64,000 nucleotides of DNA, from NCBI GenBank assembly GCA_964016885.1, contig OZ024757.1, positions 43,214,001-43,278,000 of the forward strand, in the 5' to 3' direction. The first letter of the stretch is position 1. Each line of letters starts with the position of its first letter. The notes under the pieces were generated by a model that worked only from the letters and a program-made list of their open reading frames with translations, was not told the origin of the DNA and did no database searches. The translations under genes were made by a program, and so were the position numbers. Positions 23,801 to 37,800 of this stretch are shown in pieces. Source of the DNA: Eledone cirrhosa. Its lineage: Eukaryota.

Positions 23801-26800
23801 GGTGACCTTGGCGCATGCGCACTACGGTCCGGCTGCTTTGGCGCATGCGCAGTACGGTTCAGCGGCCTTAGCGCATGCGCACTACGGTCCGGCGGGCTTG
23901 GCGCATGTGCAGTATGGTCCGGCGACCTTGACGCATGCGCACTACGGTTCGGCGGCTCTGGCGCATGCGCACTGCGGTCAGCGGCCTTGGCGCATGCGCA
24001 CTACGTTCCGGTGGCCTTGGCGCATGCGCAGTACGCTCCAGTGGCCTTGGCGCATGCGCAGTAAGGTCCGGCGGCTTTGGCGCATGCGCACTATGGTCTG
24101 TCAGTCTTGGCGCATGCGCACTACGGTCCGGCTGCCTTCGTGGATGCGCACTACGTTCCGGCGGCCTTGCCGCATGCGCACTACGGTCCGGTGGCTTTGG
24201 CGCATGCGCACTACGGTCTGGCAGACTTGGCGCATGCGCACTACGGTCCGATGGCCTTGGCGCATGCGCACTACGGTCTGGCAGCATTGGCGCATGCGCA
24301 CTACGGTCCGGCGGTCTTGGCGCATGCGCACTACGGTCCGGCGACCTTGCCGCATGCGCACTACGTTCCGGTGGCCTTGGCACATGCGCAGTACGGTCCG
24401 GTGGCTTTAGCGCATGCGCACTACGGTCTGGCAGACTTGGCGCATGCGCACTACGGTCCGATGGCCTTGGCGCGTGCGCACTACGGTCCAGTGGCCTTGG
24501 CGCATGCGCACAACGGTCCGGCGGCCTTGGCGCATGCGCACTACGGTCCGGCAGCTTTGGTGCATGCGCACTACGGTCTGGCAGCATTGGCGCATGCGCA
24601 CTACGGTCCGGCGGCCTTGGCGCATGCGCAGTAAGGTCCGGCGGCCATGGCGCATGCGCACTAAGGGCCAGCGGTCTTTGCGCATGCGCACAATGGTACG
24701 GCGGCCTTGGCGCATGCGCACTACGTTCCGGTGGCCTTGACGCATGCGCAGTACTGTCCAGTGGCCTTGGCGCATGCGCAGTAAGGTCCGGCGGCCTTAG
24801 CGCATGCGCAGTACGTTCCGGCGGCCTTGGCGCATGCGCACTAAGGGCCATCGTTCTTTGCGCATGCGCACAACGGTCCGGCGACCTTGCCGCATGCGCA
24901 CTACGTTCCGGTGGCCTTGGCACATGCGCAGTACGGTCCGGTGGCTTTGGCGCATGCGCACTACGGTCTGGCAGACTTGGCGCATGCACACTACGGTCCG
25001 ATGGCCTTGGCGCATGCGCACTACGTCCTGGTGGCCTTGGCGCATGCGCAGTACAGTCCAGTGGCCTTGGCGCATGCGCAGTGAGGTCCGGCGGCCTTAG
25101 CGCATGCGCAGTAAGGTCCGGCGGCCATGGCGCATGCGCACTAAGGGTCAGCGGTCTTTGCGCATGCGCACAACGGTCCGGCGGCCTTGGCGCATGCACA
25201 CTACGGCCCGGCGGCCTTGGCGCCTGCGCACTACGGTCCGGCGGCTTTGGTGCATGCGCACTACGGTGTGGCAGCATTGGCGCATGCGCACTACGGTCTG
25301 GCAGACTTGGCGCATGCGCACTACGGTCCGATGGCCTTGGCGCGTGCGCACTACGTTCTGGTGGCCTTGGCGCATGCGCACTACGTTCCGGTGGCCTTTG
25401 CGCATGCGCAGTACGGTCCAGCGGCCTTGGCGCATGCGCACAACGTTACGGTGGCCTTGGCGCATGCGCAGTACTGTCCAGTGGCCTTGGCGCATGCGCA
25501 GTAAGGTCCGGCGGCCTTAGCGCATGCGCAGTACGTTCCGGCGGCCTTGGCGCATGCGCACTAAGGGCCATCGTTCTTTGCGCATGCGCACAACGGTCCG
25601 GCGGCCTTGGTGCATGCGCACTACGGTCCGGCGGCCTTGGCGCATGCGCACTACGGTCCGGCGGCTTTGGTGCATGCGCACTACGGTCTAGCAGCATTGG
25701 GACATGCGCACTACAGCCCGGCGGCCTTGGCGCATGCGCAGTACGGCCCGGCGACCTTGGCGCATGCGCACTACGGTCTGGCGGCCTTGGCGCACGCGCA
25801 CTACGGTCCGGCGGTCTTGGCGCATGCGCACTACGGTCCGGCGACCTTGCCGCATGCGCACTACGTTCCGGTGGCCTTGGCACATGCGCAGTACGGTCCG
25901 GTGGCTTTGGCGCATGCGCACTACGGTCTGGCAGACTTGGCGCATGCGCACTACGGTCCGATGGCCTTGGCGCATGCGCACTACGTCCTAGTGGCCTTGG
26001 CGCATGCGCAGTACAGTCTACTGGCCTTGGCGCATGCGCACTATGGTCTGTCAGTCTTGGCGCATGCGCACTACGGTCCGGCTGCCTTCGTGGATGCGCA
26101 CTACGTTCCGGCGGTCTTGCCGCATGCGCATTACGGTCCGGTGGCTTTGGCGCATGCGCACTACGGTCTGGCAGACTTGGCGCATGCGCACTACGGTCCG
26201 ATGGCCTTGGCGCATGCGCACTACGGTCTGGCAGCATTGGCGCATGCGCACTACGGTCCGGCGGTCTTGGCGCATGCGCACTACGGTCCGGCGACCTTGC
26301 CGCATGCGCACTACGTTCCGGTGGCCTTGGCACATGCGCAGTACGGTCCGGTGGCTTTAGCGCATGCGCACTACGGTCTGGCAGACTTGGCGCATGCGCA
26401 CTACGGTCCGATGGCCTTGGCGCGTGCGCACTACGGTCCAGTGGCCTTGGCGCATGCGCACAACGGTCCGGCGGCCTTGGCGCATGCGCACTACGGTCCG
26501 GCAGCTTTGGTGCATGCGCACTACGGTCTGGCAGCATTGGCGCATGCGCACTACGGTCCGGCGGCCTTGGCGCATGCGCAGTAAGGTCCGGCGGCCATGG
26601 CGCATGCGCACTAAGGGCCAGCGGTCTTTGCGCATGCGCACAATGGTACGGCGGCCTTGGCGCATGCGCACTACGTTCCGGTGGCCTTGACGCATGCGCA
26701 GTACTGTCCAGTGGCCTTGGCGCATGCGCAGTAAGGTCCGGCGGCCTTAGCGCATGCGCAGTACGTTCCGGCGGCCTTGGCGCATGCGCACTAAGGGCCA

Positions 26801-27911
26801 TCGTTCTTTGCGCATGCGCACAACGGTCCGGCGGCCTTGGTGCATGCGCACTACGGTCCGGCGGCCTTGGCGCATGCGCACTACGGTCCGGCGGCTTTGG
26901 TGCATGCGCACTACGGTCTAGCAGCATTGGAGCATGCGCACTACAGCCCGGCGGCCTTGGCGCATGCGCAGTACGGCCCGGCGACCTTGGCGCATGCGCA
27001 CTACGGTCTGGCGGCCTTGGCGCACGCGCACTACGGTCCGGCGGTCTTGGCGCATGCGCACTACGGTCCGGCGACCTTGCCGCATGCGCACTACGTTCCG
27101 GTGGCCTTGGCACATGCGCAGTACGGTCCGGTGGCTTTGGCGCATGCGCACTACGGTCTGGCAGACTTGGCGCATGCACACTACGGTCCGATGGCCTTGG
27201 CGCATGCGCACTACGTCCTGGTGGCCTTGGCGCATGCGCAGTACAGTCCAGTGGCCTTGGCGCATGCGCAGTGAGGTCCGGCGGCCTTAGCGCATGCGCA
27301 GTAAGGTCCGGCGGCCATGGCGCATGCGCACTAAGGGTCAGCGGTCTTTGCGCATGCGCACAACGGTCCGGCGGCCTTGGCGCATGCACACTACGGCCCG
27401 GCGGCCTTGGCGCCTGCGCACTACGGTCCGGCGGCTTTGGTGCATGCGCACTACGGTGTGGCAGCATTGGCGCATGCGCACTACGGTCTGGCAGACTTGG
27501 CGCATGCGCACTACGGTCCGATGGCCTTGGCGCGTGCGCACTACGTTCTGGTGGCCTTGGCGCATGCACAGTACGGTCCAGTGGCCTTGGCGCATGCGCA
27601 CAACGGTCCGGCGGCCTTGGCGCATGCGCACTACGGTCCGTCAGCTTTGGTGCATGCGCACTACGGTCTGGCAGCATTGGCGCATGCGCACTACGGTCCG
27701 GCGGCCTTGGCGCATGCGCAGTACGGCCCGGTGGCCTTGGCGCATGCGCACTACGGTCTGGCGGCCTTGGCGCATGCGCACTACGGTCCGGCGGCCTTGG
27801 CGCATGCGCACTACGGTCCGGCGGCGTTGGCGCATGCGCACTACGGTTCGGAGGCCTTGGCGCATGCGCACTACGGTCCGACGTTCTTGACGCATGTGCA
27901 GTACGGTCCGG

Positions 27912-28176
27912 ATGACTTTTTAGCCATTTTAAGCCTTTGTGTTGCCATATTTAGCCATTTTGAGTTATTTTAGTAATTTATGATGCAGTTTAACCATTTT
28001 AGAGCCATTTATAGTCATTTTAGACGTTTCAGTCGTGTTAGAGTCATTCTAGTCAATTATGATACGGTTTTAGCATTTTATTGTCACTTTAGTCATTTAT
28101 TATGCCGTCTTAGCCACTTTGTTGTAATTTCAGACATACATGATGACATTTCGGCCATGTTAGTCCTTTTTGATGA
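27912..28176 (+). repeat. AT-rich spacer, haplotype B
   Basis: Matches 16270-16534 at offset 11642. Confidence 0.96.
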
Positions 28177-30147
28177 CGTGCCCATGCGCCAAGACCGCCA
28201 GACCGTACTGCGCACGCGTCGATACGGCCTGATCGTAGTGCGCATGCGCCAAAGCCGCCTAACCGTAGTGCGCATGCGCCAAGGCCGCCGATACATAGTG
28301 CACATGCGCCAAGGCCGTCGGACCATACTGCGCATGCGCCAAGGGCGCCGGACAGTTGTGCGCATGCACCAAAGCCGCCTGACTTACTGCGCATGCGTCA
28401 AGGTCGCAGTACCGAACTGCGCATGCGCTAAGGCCTCCGGACCGTACTGCGCATGCGCCAAGGCCACCTGACTGTACAGCGCATGCGTCAAGGTCGCAGT
28501 ACCGAACTGCGTATGCGCTAAGGCCGCCGGACCGTACTGCGCATGCGCCAAGGCCGCCGGACCGTAGTGCGCATGCGCCAAGGCCGCCTGACTGTACTGC
28601 GCATGCATCAAAGTCCCAGTACCGTACTGCACATGCACCAAGACCGCCGGACCGTAGTGCGCATGCGCCAGAGCCGCCGAACCGTAGTGCGCATGCGCCA
28701 AGGCCGCCGGACCATACTGCGCATGCGCCAAGGCCGCCGGGCCGTAGTGCGCATGCGCCAAAGACGCGGGCCCGTAGTGCGCATGCGCCAAGGCCACCTG
28801 ACTGTACTGCGCATGCGTCAAGGTCGCAGTACTGAACTGCGCATGCGCTAAGGCCGCCGGACCGTAATGTGCATGCGCCAAGGCCGCCTGACTGTACTGC
28901 GCATGCGTCAAGGTCGCAGTACCGAACTGCGCATGCGTTAAGGCCGGCGGCCTTGGCGCATGCGCACTACGTTCCGGTGGCCTTGACGCATGCGCAGTAC
29001 TGTCCAGTGGCCTTGGCGCATGCGCAGTAAGGTCCGGCGGCCTTAGCGCATGCGCAGTACGTTCCGGCGGCCTTGGCGCATGCGCACTAAGGGCCATCGT
29101 TCTTTGCGCATGCGCACAACGGTCCGGCGGCCTTGGTGCATGCGCACTACGGTCCGGCAGCCTTGGCGCATGCGCACTACGGTCCGGCGGCTTTCGTGCA
29201 TGCGCACTACGGTCTAGCAGCATTGGGGCATGCGCACTACAGCCCGGCGGCCTTGGCGCATGCGCAGTACGGCCCGGCGACCTTGGCGCATGCGCACTAC
29301 GGTCTGGCGGCCTTGGCGCACGCGCACTACGGTCCGGCGGTCTTGGCGCATGCGCACTACGGTCCGGCGACCTTGTCGCATGCGCACTACGTCCTGGTGG
29401 CCTTGGCGCATGCGCAGTACAGTCCAGTGGCCTTGGCGCCTGCGCAGTAAGATCCGGCGGCCATGGCGCATGCGCACTAAGGGCCAGCGGTCTTTGCGCA
29501 TGCGCAAAATGGTCCGGCGGCCTTGCCGCATGCACACTACGGCCCGGCGGCCTTGGCGCCTGCGCACTACGGTCCGGCGGCTTTGGTGCATGCGCACTAC
29601 GGTCTGGCAGCATTGGCGCATGCGCACTACGGTCCGGCGGTCTTGGCGCATGCGCACTACGGTCCGGCGACCTTGCCGCATGCGCACTACATTCCGGTGG
29701 CCTTGGCACATGCGCAGTACGGTCCGGTGGCTTTAGCGCATGCGCACTACGGTCTGGCAGACTTGGCGCATGCGCACGACGGTCTGATGGCCTTGGCGCG
29801 TGCGCACTACGGTCCGATGGCCTTGGCGCGTGCGCACTACGGTCCAGTGGCCTTGGCGCATGCGCACAACGGTCCGGTGGCCTTGGCGCATGCGCACTAC
29901 GGTCCGGCAGCTTTGGTGCATGCGCACTACGGTCTGGCAACATTGGCGCATGCGCACTACGGTCCGGCGGCCTTGGCGCATGCGCAGTACGGCCCGGCGG
30001 CCTTGGCGCATGCGCACTACGGTCTGGCGGCCTTGGCGCATGCGCACTACGTTCCGGCGGCGTTGGCGCATGCGCACTACGGTTCGGAGGCCTTGGCGCA
30101 TGCGCACTACGGTCCGACGTCCTTGACGCATGTGCAGTACGGTCCGG

Positions 30148-30412
30148 ATGAATTTTTAGCCATTTTAAGCCTTTATGTTGCCATATTTAGCCATTTTGAG
30201 TTATTTTAGTAATTTATGATGCAGTTTAACCATTTTAGAGCCATTTATAGTCATTTTAGACGTTTCAGTCGTGTTAGAGTCATTCTAGTCAATTATGATA
30301 CGGTTTTAGCATTTTATTGTCACTTTAGTCATTTATTATGCCGTCTTAGCCATTTTGTTGTAATTTCAGACATACATGATGACATTTCGGCCATGTTAGT
30401 CCTTTTTGATGA
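30148..30412 (+). repeat. AT-rich spacer, haplotype A
   Basis: Carries the A diagnostic bases. Confidence 0.96.
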
Positions 30413-33400
30413 AGTGCCCATGCGCCAAGACCGCCAGACCGTACTGCGCATGCGCCAAGGGCGCCGGACCGTAGTGCGCATGCGCCAAGGCCGCCTGACT
30501 GTACTGCGCATGCGTCAAGGTCGCAGTACCGAACTGCGCATGCGCTAAGGCCGCCGAACCGCACTGCGCATGCGCCAAGGCCACCTGACTGTACTGCGCA
30601 TGCGTCAAGGTCGCAGTACCGAACTGCGCATGCGCTAAGGCCGCCGGACCGTACTGCGCATGCGCCAAGGCCGCCGGACCGTAGTGCGCATGCGCCAAGG
30701 CCGCCTGACTGTACTGCGCATGCATCAAGGTCCCAGTACCGTACTGCGCATGCACCAAGGCCACCAGGACGTAGTGCGCATGCGCCAAGGCCATCGGACC
30801 GTAGTGCGCATGCGCCAAGTCTGCCAGACCGTAGTGCGCATGCGCCAAAGCCACCGGACCGTACTGCGCATGTGCCAAGGCCACCGGAACGTAGTGCGCA
30901 TGCGGCAAGGTCGCTGGACCGTAGTGCGCATGCGCCAAGACCGACGGTCCGGTGGCTTTGGCGCATGCGCACTACGGTCCGGCGTCCTTGGCGCATGTGC
31001 AGTACGGTCCGGTGACCTTGGCGCATGCGCACTACGGTCCAGCTGCTTTGGCGCATGCGCAGTACGGTTCAGCGGCCTTAGCGCATGCGCACTACGGTCC
31101 GGCGGGCTTGGCGCATGTGCAGTATGGTCCGGCGACCTTGACGCATGCGCACTACGGTTCGGCGGCTCTGGCGCATGCGCACTGCGGTCAGCGGCCTTGG
31201 CGCATGCGCACTACGTTCCGGTGGCCTTGGCGCATGCGCAGTACGCTCCAGTGGCCTTGGCGCATGCGCAGTAAGGTCCGGCGGCTTTGGCGCATGCGCA
31301 CTATGGTCTGTCAGTCTTGGCGCATGCGCACTACGGTCCGGCTGCCTTCGTGGATGCGCACTACGTTCCGGCGGCCTTGCCGCATGCGCACTACGGTCCG
31401 GTGGCTTTGGCGCATGCGCACTACGGTCTGGCAGACTTGGCGCATGCGCACTACGGTCCGATGGCCTTGGCGCATGCGCACTACGGTCTGGCAGCATTGG
31501 CGCATGCGCACTACGGTCCGGCGGTCTTGGCGCATGCGCACTACGGTCCGGCGACCTTGCCGCATGCGCACTACGTTCCGGTGGCCTTGGCACATGCGCA
31601 GTACGGTCCGGTGGCTTTAGCGCATGCGCACTACGGTCTGGCAGACTTGGCGCATGCGCACTACGGTCCGATGGCCTTGGCGCGTGCGCACTACGGTCCA
31701 GTGGCCTTGGCGCATGCGCACAACGGTCCGGCGGCCTTGGCGCATGCGCACTACGGTCCGGCAGCTTTGGTGCATGCGCACTACGGTCTGGCAGCATTGG
31801 CGCATGCGCACTACGGTCCGGCGGCCTTGGCGCATGCGCAGTAAGGTCCGGCGGCCATGGCGCATGCGCACTAAGGGCCAGCGGTCTTTGCGCATGCGCA
31901 CAATGGTACGGCGGCCTTGGCGCATGCGCACTACGTTCCGGTGGCCTTGACGCATGCGCAGTACTGTCCAGTGGCCTTGGCGCATGCGCAGTAAGGTCCG
32001 GCGGCCTTAGCGCATGCGCAGTACGTTCCGGCGGCCTTGGCGCATGCGCACTAAGGGCCATCGTTCTTTGAGCATGCGCACAACGGTCCGGCGACCTTGC
32101 CGCATGCGCACTACGTTCCGGTGGCCTTGGCACATGCGCAGTACGGTCCGGTGGCTTTGGCGCATGCGCACTACGGTCTGGCAGACTTGGCGCATGCACA
32201 CTACGGTCCGATGGCCTTGGCGCATGCGCACTACGTCCTGGTGGCCTTGGCGCATGCGCAGTACAGTCCAGTGGCCTTGGCGCATGCGCAGTGAGGTCCG
32301 GCGGCCTTAGCGCATGCGCAGTAAGGTCCGGCGGCCATGGCGCATGCGCACTAAGGGTCAGCGGTCTTTGCGCATGCGCACAACGGTCCGGCGGCCTTGG
32401 CGCATGCACACTACGGCCCGGCGGCCTTGGCGCCTGCGCACTACGGCCCGGCGGCTTTGGTGCATGCGCACTACGGTGTGGCAGCATTGGCGCATGCGCA
32501 CTACGGTCTGGCAGACTTGGCGCATGCGCACTACGGTCCGATGGCCTTGGCGCGTGCGCACTACGTTCTGGTGGCCTTGGCGCATGCGCACTACGTTCCG
32601 GTGGCCTTTGCGCATGCGCAGTACGGTCCAGCGGCCTTGGCGCATGCGCACAACGTTACGGTGGCCTTGGCGCATGCGCAGTACTGTCCAGTGGCCTTGG
32701 CGCATGCGCAGTAAGGTCCGGCGGCCTTAGCGCATGCGCAGTACGTTCCGGCGGCCTTGGCGCATGCGCACTAAGGGCCATCGTTCTTTGCGCATGCGCA
32801 CAACGGTCCGGCGGCCTTGGTGCATGCGCACTACGGTCCGGCGGCCTTGGCGCATGCGCACTACGGTCCGGCGGCTTTGGTGCATGCGCACTACGGTCTA
32901 GCAGCATTGGGACATGCGCACTACAGCCCGGCGGCCTTGGCGCATGCGCAGTACGGCCCGGCGACCTTGGCGCATGCGCACTACGGTCTGGCGGCCTTGG
33001 CGCACGCGCACTACGGTCCGGCGGTCTTGGCGCATGCGCACTACGGTCCGGCGACCTTGCCGCATGCGCACTACGTTCCGGTGGCCTTGGCACATGCGCA
33101 GTACGGTCCGGTGGCTTTGGCGCATGCGCACTACGGTCTGGCAGACTTGGCGCATGCGCACTACGGTCCGATGGCCTTGGCGCATGCGCACTACGTCCTA
33201 GTGGCCTTGGCGCATGCGCAGTACAGTCCACTGGCCTTGGCGCATGCGCAGTAAGGTCCGGCGGCCTTAGCGCATGCGCAGTAAGGTCCGACGGCCATGG
33301 CGCATGCGCACTAAGGGCCAGCGGTCTTTGCGAATGCGCACAACGGTACGGCGGCCTTGGCGCATGCGCACTACGTTCCGGTGGCCTTGACGCATGCGCA

Positions 33401-34551
33401 GTACTGTCCAGTGGCCTTGGCGCATGCGCAGTAAGGTCCGGCGACCTTAGCGCATGCGCAGTACGTTCCGGCGGCCTTGGCGCATGCGCACTAAGGGCCA
33501 TCGTTCTTTGCGCATGCGCACAACGGTCCGGCGGCCTTGGTGCATGCGCACTACGGTCCGGCGGCCTTGGCGCATGCGCACTACGGTCCGGCGGCTTTGG
33601 TACATGCGCACTACGGTCTAGCAGCATTGGGGCATGCGCACTACAGCCCGGCGGCCTTGGCGCATGCGCAGTACGGCCCGGCGACCTTGGCGCATGCGCA
33701 CTACGGTCTGGCGGCCTTGGCGCACGCGCACTACGGTCCGGCGGTCTTGGCGCATGCGCACTACGGTCCGGCGACCTTGTCGCATGCGCACTACGTCCTG
33801 GTGGCCTTGGCGCATGCGCAGTACAGTCCAGTGGCCTTGGCGCCTGCGCAGTAAGATCCGGCGGCCATGGCGCATGCGCACTAAGGGCCAGCGGTCTTTG
33901 CGCATGCGCAAAATGGTCCGGCGGCCTTGCCGCATGCACACTACGGCCCGGCGGCCTTGGCGCCTGCGCACTACGGTCCGGCGGCTTTGGTGCATGCGCA
34001 CTACGGTCTGGCAGCATTGGCGCATGCGCACTACGGTCCGGCGGTCTTGGCGCATGCGCACTACGGTCCGGCGACCTTGCCGCATGCGCACTACATTCCG
34101 GTGGCCTTGGCACATGCGCAGTACGGTCCGGTGGCTTTAGCGCATGCGCACTACGGTCTGGCAGACTTGGCGCATGCGCACTACGGTCTGATGGCCTTGG
34201 CGCGTGCGCACTACGGTCCGATGGCCTTGGCGCGTGCGCACTACGGTCCAGTGGCCTTGGCGCATGCGCACAACGGTCCGGTGGCCTTGGCGCATGCGCA
34301 CTACGGTCCGGCAGCTTTGGTGCATGCGCACTACGGTCTGGCAACATTGGCGCATGCGCACTACGGTCCGGCGGCTTTGGCGCATGCGCAGTACGGCCCG
34401 GCGGCCTTGGCGCATGCGCACTACGGTCTGGCGGCCTTGGCGCATGCGCACTACGTTCCGGCGGCGTTGGCGCATGCGCACTACGGTTCGGAGGCCTTGG
34501 CGCATGCGCACTACGGTCCGACGTCCTTGACGCATGTGCAGTACGGTCCGG

Positions 34552-34816
34552 ATGAATTTTTAGCCATTTTAAGCCTTTATGTTGCCATATTTAGCCATTT
34601 TGAGTTATTTTAGTAATTTATGATGCAGTTTAACCATTTTAGAGCCATTTATAGTCATTTTAGACGTTTCAGTCGTGTTAGAGTCATTCTAGTCAATTAT
34701 GATACGGTTTTAGCATTTTATTGTCACTTTATTCATTTATTATGCCGTCTTAGCCATTTTGTTGTAATTTCAGACATACATGATGACATTTCGGCCATGT
34801 TAGTCCTTTTTGATGA
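34552..34816 (+). repeat. AT-rich spacer, haplotype A
   Basis: Carries the A diagnostic bases, plus a private substitution (ctttattcattt). Confidence 0.96.
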
Positions 34817-37800
34817 AGTGCCCATGCGCCAAGACCGCCAGACCGTACTGCGCATGCGCCAAGGGCGCCGGACCGTAGTGCGCATGCGCCAAGGCCGCCT
34901 GACTGTACTGCGCATGCGTCAAGGTCGCAGTACCGAACTGCGCATGCGCTAAGGCCGCCAAACCGCACTGCGCATGCGCCAAGGCCACCTGACTGTACTG
35001 CGCATGCGTCAAGGTCGCAGTACCGAACTGCGCATGCGCTAAGGCCGCCGGACCGTACTGCGCATGCGCCAAGGCCGCCGGACCGTAGTGCGCATGCGCC
35101 AAGGCCGCCTGACTGTACTGCGCATGCATCAAGGTCCCAGTACCGTACTGCGCATGCACCAAGGCCACCAGGACGTAGTGCGCATGCGCCAAGGCCATCG
35201 GACCGTAGTGCGCATGCGCCAAGTCTGCCAGACCGTAGTGCGCATGCGCCAAAGCCACCGGACCGTACTGCGCATGTGCCAAGGCCACCGGAACGTAGTG
35301 CGCATGCGGCAAGGTCGCTGGACCGTAGTGCGCATGCGCCAAGACCGACGGTCCGGTGGCTTTGGCGCATGCGCACTACGGTCCGGCGTCCTTGGCGCAT
35401 GTGCAGTACGGTCCGGTGACCTTGGCGCATGCGCACTACGGTCCAGCTGCTTTGGCGCATGCGCAGTACGGTTCAGCGGCCTTAGCGCATGCGCACTACG
35501 GTCCGGCGGGCTTGGCGCATGTGCAGTATGGTCCGGCGACATTGACGCATGCGCACTACGGTTCGGCGGCTCTGGCGCATGCGCACTGCGGTCCGGCGGC
35601 CTTGGCGCATGCGCACTACGTTCCGGTGGCCTTGGCGCATGCGCAGTACGCTCCAGTGGCCTTGGCGCATGCGCAGTAAGGTCCGGCGGCTTTGGCGCAT
35701 GCGCACTATGGTCTGTCAGTCTTGGCGCATGCGCACTACGGTCCGGCTGCCTTCGTGGATGCGCACTACGTTCCGGCGGCCTTGCCGCATGCGCACTACG
35801 GTCCGGTGGCTTTGGCGCATGCGCACTACGGTCTGGCAGACTTGGCGCATGCGCACTACGGTCTGGCAGCATTGGCGCATGCGCACTACGGTCCGGCGGT
35901 CTTGGCGCATGCGCACTACGGTCCGGCGACCTTGCCGCATGCGCACTACGTTCCGGTGGCCTTGGCACATGCGCAGTACGGTCCGGTGGCTTTAGCGCAT
36001 GCGCACTACGGTCTGGCAGACTTGGCGCATGCGCACTACGGTCCGATGGCCTTGGCGCGTGCGCACTACGGTTCAGTGGCCTTGGCGCATGCGCACAACG
36101 GTCCGGCGGCCTTGGCGCATGCGCACTACGGTCCGGCAGCTTTGGTGCATGCGCACTACGGTCTGGCAGCATTGGCGCATGCGCACTACGGTCCGGCGGC
36201 CTTGGCGCATGCGCAGTAAGGTCCGGCGGCCATGGCGCATGCGCACTAAGGGCCAGCGGTCTTTGCGCATGCGCACAATGGTACGGCGGCCTTGGCGCAT
36301 GCGCACTACGTTCCGGTGGCCTTGACGCATGCGCAGTACTGTCCAGTGGCCTTGGCGCATGCGCAGTAAGGTCCGGCGGCCTTAGCGCATGCGCAGTACG
36401 TTCCGGCGGCCTTGGCGCATGCGCACTAAGGGCCATCGTTCTTTGCGCATGCGCACAACGGTCCGGCGGCCTTGGTGCATGCGCACTACGGTCCGGCGGC
36501 CTTGGCGCATGCGCACTACGGTCCGGCGGCTTTGGTGCATGCGCACTACGGTCTAGCAGCATTGGAGCATGCGCACTACAGCCCGGCGGCCTTGGCGCAT
36601 GCGCAGTACGGCCCGGCGACCTTGGCGCATGCGCACTACGGTCTGGCGGCCTTGGCGCACGCGCACTACGGTCCGGCGGTCTTGGCGCATGCGCACTACG
36701 GTCCGGCGACCTTGCCGCATGCGCACTACGTTCCGGTGGCCTTGGCACATGCGCAGTACGGTCCGGTGGCTTTGGCGCATGCGCACTACGGTCTGGCAGA
36801 CTTGGCGCATGCACACTACGGTCCGATGGCCTTGGCGCATGCGCACTACGTCCTGGTGGCCTTGGCGCATGCGCAGTACAGTCCAGTGGCCTTGGCGCAT
36901 GCGCAGTGAGGTCCGGCGGCCTTAGCGCATGCGCAGTAAGGTCCGGCGGCCATGGCGCATGCGCACTAAGGGTCAGCGGTCTTTGCGCATGCGCACAACG
37001 GTCCGGCGGCCTTGGCGCATGCACACTACGGCCCGGCGGCCTTGGCGCCTGCGCACTACGGTCCGGCGGCTTTGGTGCATGCGCACTACGGTGTGGCAGC
37101 ATTGGCGCATGCGCACTACGGTCTGGCAGACTTGGCGCATGCGCACTACGGTCCGATGGCCTTGGCGCGTGCGCACTACGTTCTGGTGGCCTTGGCGCAT
37201 GCGCACTACGTTCCGGTGGCCTTTGCGCATGCGCAGTACGGTCCAGCGGCCTTGGCGCATGCGCACAACGTTACGGTGGCCTTGGCGCATGCGCAGTACT
37301 GTCCAGTGGCCTTGGCGCATGCGCAGTAAGGTCCGGCGGCCTTAGCGCATGCGCAGTACGATCCGGCGGCCTTGGCGCATGCGCACTAAGGGCCATCGTT
37401 CTTTGCGCATGCGCACAACGGTCCGGCGGCCTTGGTGCATGCGCACTACGGTCCGGCGGCCTTGGCGCATGCGCACTACGGTCCGGCGGCTTTGGTGCAT
37501 GCGCACTACGGTCTAGCAGCATTGGGACATGCGCACTACAGCCCGGCGGCCTTGGCGCATGCGCAGTACGGCCCGGCGACCTTGGCGCATGCGCACTACG
37601 GTCTGGCGGCCTTGGCGCACGCGCACTACGGTCCGGCGGTCTTGGCGCATGCGCACTACGGTCCGGCGACCTTGCCGCATGCGCACTACGTTCCGGTGGC
37701 CTTGGCACATGCGCAGTACGGTCCGGTGGCTTTGGCGCATGCGCACTACGGTCTGGCAGACTTGGCGCATGCGCACTACGGTCCGATGGCCTTGGCGCAT

